From Chiloscyllium plagiosum (taxonomy: Eukaryota), in contig NC_057719.1 in assembly GCF_004010195.1 (NCBI RefSeq), positions 22,459,062 to 22,523,061 on the forward strand: a stretch of 64,000 nucleotides of DNA, written 5' to 3'. The translations under genes and the position numbers were made by a program. Below are positions 61,296 to 64,000 of the stretch, piece after piece (position 1 is the stretch's first letter; every line of letters starts with the position of its first letter). Under the pieces are notes generated by a model, which made no database searches, was not told the origin of the DNA, and was given only the letters and a program-made list of their open reading frames with translations.

Positions 61296-61559
61296 TCTTT
61301 GATCCGTCCTCATTGATGCACCTGGGATCGTGACAGCAAGGGTTGGAAAATCCAAAGGATTTCTTCTACTCATTTTAACTAAAAATGAAACTCCCCTCAC
61401 ACCAACCCCATCAAACACACCTGAGACAGCGATGATTTGGGGTTTAAATAAAAGCCCCCGTTAACTGTTCCCAGGGGTCGGAAATCAATACAAATGAAAA
61501 TAAATCATCCCATTTCTCGACACAAATTTAAAATATCGATTGGAAATTTATGGTACTAA

Positions 61560-62310
61560 TTCAAAACATAATTGCTCAAACTGACTCCCAGCCCCCAAGT
61601 CTGCCATGAAAGACTACCCCATGCTTGCACTCCAGGGACAGCTGAGCATGATGTAACTGTGCAAGAAGGACAGATAATCAGAACCAACAAACCCCTCATC
61701 AGCTCGCTGCATGGACCTGTTAATGGCCATTTTGGGCAGGTCCAGGAGCACAGCTATGAGAAGGATCCGAAACTCCTCCCTGCCCATGTCTCAAGAGCAT
61801 GAAGTGCAATCAAAATTTCAAACGCAGCCCCTTTAAAAACTAAAAAGGGACTGCAAACAGATGAGCTCAACATAAATGTGAAACACCTTTTCGTCCAGGC
61901 TACAGAACGTGCACGTGATCTGACATTTGATAAATTCGTTCGGTCACCGGTTGCACTGGACCAGTGCGTGTAGCACTCTCCAGCCCAGATCCCTGATGTA
62001 AAAGAGGAGGACTCCTTTGTAGAGGACCTTCCAGTGGGGATCTCCACTGCTGGGGGGCAAAACATCATGACAGGGCGTCTGCAGTGAGCAGGTGAAAGCA
62101 CTGCGGTGGAGAGAATGCAGCATCAACCCATATAGTTAGTACCTCAACTGGGAGGATATCCCTAAGACAGCTCTGATCGTGAGGCACCATGTCGTGCGGT
62201 AGAGTCTACAGCATGGGGACCACTGTCGAATTCCAGAAGGGGAGGGGTCAGTTCAAATGGATGCCCACTGCATGTTTGAGGTGTTGGTGCAGAGTGCCTT
62301 GCCCATTGAC
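61560..62310 (-). mobile_element. Tx1/L1-clade LINE ORF2 C-terminal relic
   Basis: PHWKVLYKGVLLFYIRDLGWRVLHALVQCNR...CTFCSLDEKVFHIYVE (zf-RVT-like). Confidence 0.8.
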
Positions 62311-62650
62311 TTAAGTCTCTATTTCCCTGGCTTTTCCTGACAGCATTTCTTCAATAATGGCACCACATTAGCCAACTTAGAGTCTTCTGGCACCTCATGG
62401 CTGTCAATGGTACAAATATCTCAGCAAGCAGCCCAGAATTCTGAGAATCACCCAATCAGGTCCTGGGGATTTATCTACCTTTATGCATTTTGAGACCTCC
62501 AGCATCTCCTCTTATGCAATATGAACTCTTTTCAAGACATCATTATTTACTTCTTCAAGTTCCCTAGCTTCCATGTCCTTCTCCTCAGTAAATCCTAATG
62601 CAAGATATTCTTTTCATATCTCACCCATCTCCTGTGGTTCCACATGAACA
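62310..62650 (-). mobile_element. CR1 ORF2 middle fragment
   Basis: Reverse of DKSPGPD and VPEDx.LANVVPL motifs. Confidence 0.8.
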
Positions 62651-62664
62651 GAGTTGATCTTTAA

Positions 62665-62900
62665 GGCAGAGCAAAGTACAGCAGATGCTGGAATCTGTAC
62701 AGAAAACAACCAATGCTGGAGATCACAGTCGTTCAGGTAGCATCCATGGAGAGAGAGCAAGGTACATTTTGGGTCTAGATGACTCTTCGTCAGAGCTTAT
62801 GCTATAGTGGGAGGGAGGAAGATTGGAGTGCTGGGGGAGAAAGAATGTTGATAGCTCAGATTAAGTGGCAAAGGAATTAATGAATAACAAAAACAAGAAG
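62665..62900 (-). mobile_element. PLE 3' end (second family) with degenerate hammerhead
   Basis: Reverse complement ctgacgaagagtcatctagacccaaaatg...ggatgctacctgaac...ctccagcatt...ttccagcatctgc. Confidence 0.7.
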
Positions 62901-62962
62901 TTTGTGAAAGCCAATGAATCCTGTCGCCACCCAGTATTCTCAAAACTAATTGATTGCATCAT

Positions 62963-63322
62963 CGGCACAGTGGCACAGTGGGGCGGCACGGTGGCACAGT
63001 GGGGCGGCACGGTGGCACAGTGGTTAGCACTGCTGCCTCACAGCGCCAGAGACCCGGGTTCAATTCCCTCCTCAGGCGACTCTCTGTGTGGGGTTTGCAC
63101 ATTCTCCCCGTGTCTGTGTGGGTTTCCTTTAGGTGCTCCGGTTTCCTCCCACAGTCCAAAAATGTGCAGGTTAGGTGAATTGGCCTGCTAAATTGCCCGT
63201 AGTGTTAGGTGAAGGGGTAAATGTAGGGGAATGGGTCTGGGTGGGTGCGCTTCGGCGGGTCGGTGTGGACTTGTTGGGCCGAAGGGCTTGTTTCCACACT
63301 GTAAGTAATCTAATCTAATCTT
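62963..63322 (+). mobile_element. HE1-like V-SINE with triplicated 5' head
   Basis: About 3 copies of ggcggcacggtggcacagtgg, B box ggttcaattcc, V-domain, (TAATC)n tail. Confidence 0.96.
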
Positions 63323-64000
63323 ATAAATGCTGAGGTTACCTACAATAGTTTTTTCTTTAAAATCCCCTTCTGATGCTCCGACTAATACATTCATGAGATC
63401 TCATGATGTTTGTCCCATTGTTTCTGAATTAAAATATCAATAAGGCTTATAATTTTGAAATCAGTGTCTTTAGAAATCAGTGTCTTCGGAAACCACTTAG
63501 AGAAAATCCTTTATTATTAAATTCACAAGGTAGTTGTGTGTAACGAGAGCCTTCCTTCAAAAATTATATCCATTGTCCATTAGCCAGCTTCTTCACCACA
63601 AATTACTAAAATGTATCAGCTTCAGCAGAAGTCAGGCTGATCCTGAAGGCAGATGATTACACATGTCTAACTATAATGCATAACAAATACAGGCACAACA
63701 GAAAATGTTAACAATGCCCCTTTTATTATCAGATAGGAAAGGCTGAAAACCAGATTGTCATTGATATAAGGTCAGAATAGGCTTACATAGCTTCATGTTA
63801 ATTTGACAACTATAATCAATTCAACGAGTTTTATCATGTCTTTTATAACTACTGTATAGTGCTCTGAGTTGCGTTACATTGCATAGATATGAGTAAGTCT
63901 AAGATTAAGACGTGACTGCAGTTCTAAAAGATTGTGTTAGTTTAAGTTCTGATTTATGGCTAAGTGACAAGTTGCTTCTGTGGATCATTCCTTTCTGAGA

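Noticed and set aside
62954..63191. Recurrent 'MAQWLALLPHS...' ORFs as a gene family
   Set aside because: Incidental translations of HE1 SINE copies
1..64000. CRISPR array, operon or other prokaryotic/phage system
   Set aside because: No regularly spaced repeat-spacer array, no gene-dense DNA; content is vertebrate retroelement sequence

Overview
Eukaryotic, AT-rich, repeat-dense genomic DNA with no recognisable intact host gene; it is most likely intronic or intergenic. The repeat set (HE1-type V-SINEs with (TAATC)n tails, HER1/CR1-type LINEs, Deu-domain SINEs, Penelope-like elements) indicates a cartilaginous fish, probably a shark (inference). Almost every interpretable ORF is a transposon relic: CR1, L2, RTE and Tx1 LINEs, a Gypsy LTR element, Harbinger nuclease and Myb/SANT fragments, and Penelope reverse transcriptase. 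Five N-gaps all fall inside young repeats. The most notable system is a set of Penelope-like insertions. Their terminal repeats carry minimal hammerhead-ribozyme cores, they recur as asymmetric fold-back (inverted) structures from ~0.2 to 2.6 kb, and they have 13-15 bp target-site duplications. Also noted: three ~90-120 bp local duplications spaced ~0.9-1 kb apart, nested insertions, possible conserved non-coding blocks and a speculative chain of minus-strand microexons. Family names come from motif recognition by eye, not database searches, and boundaries of old repeats are approximate.
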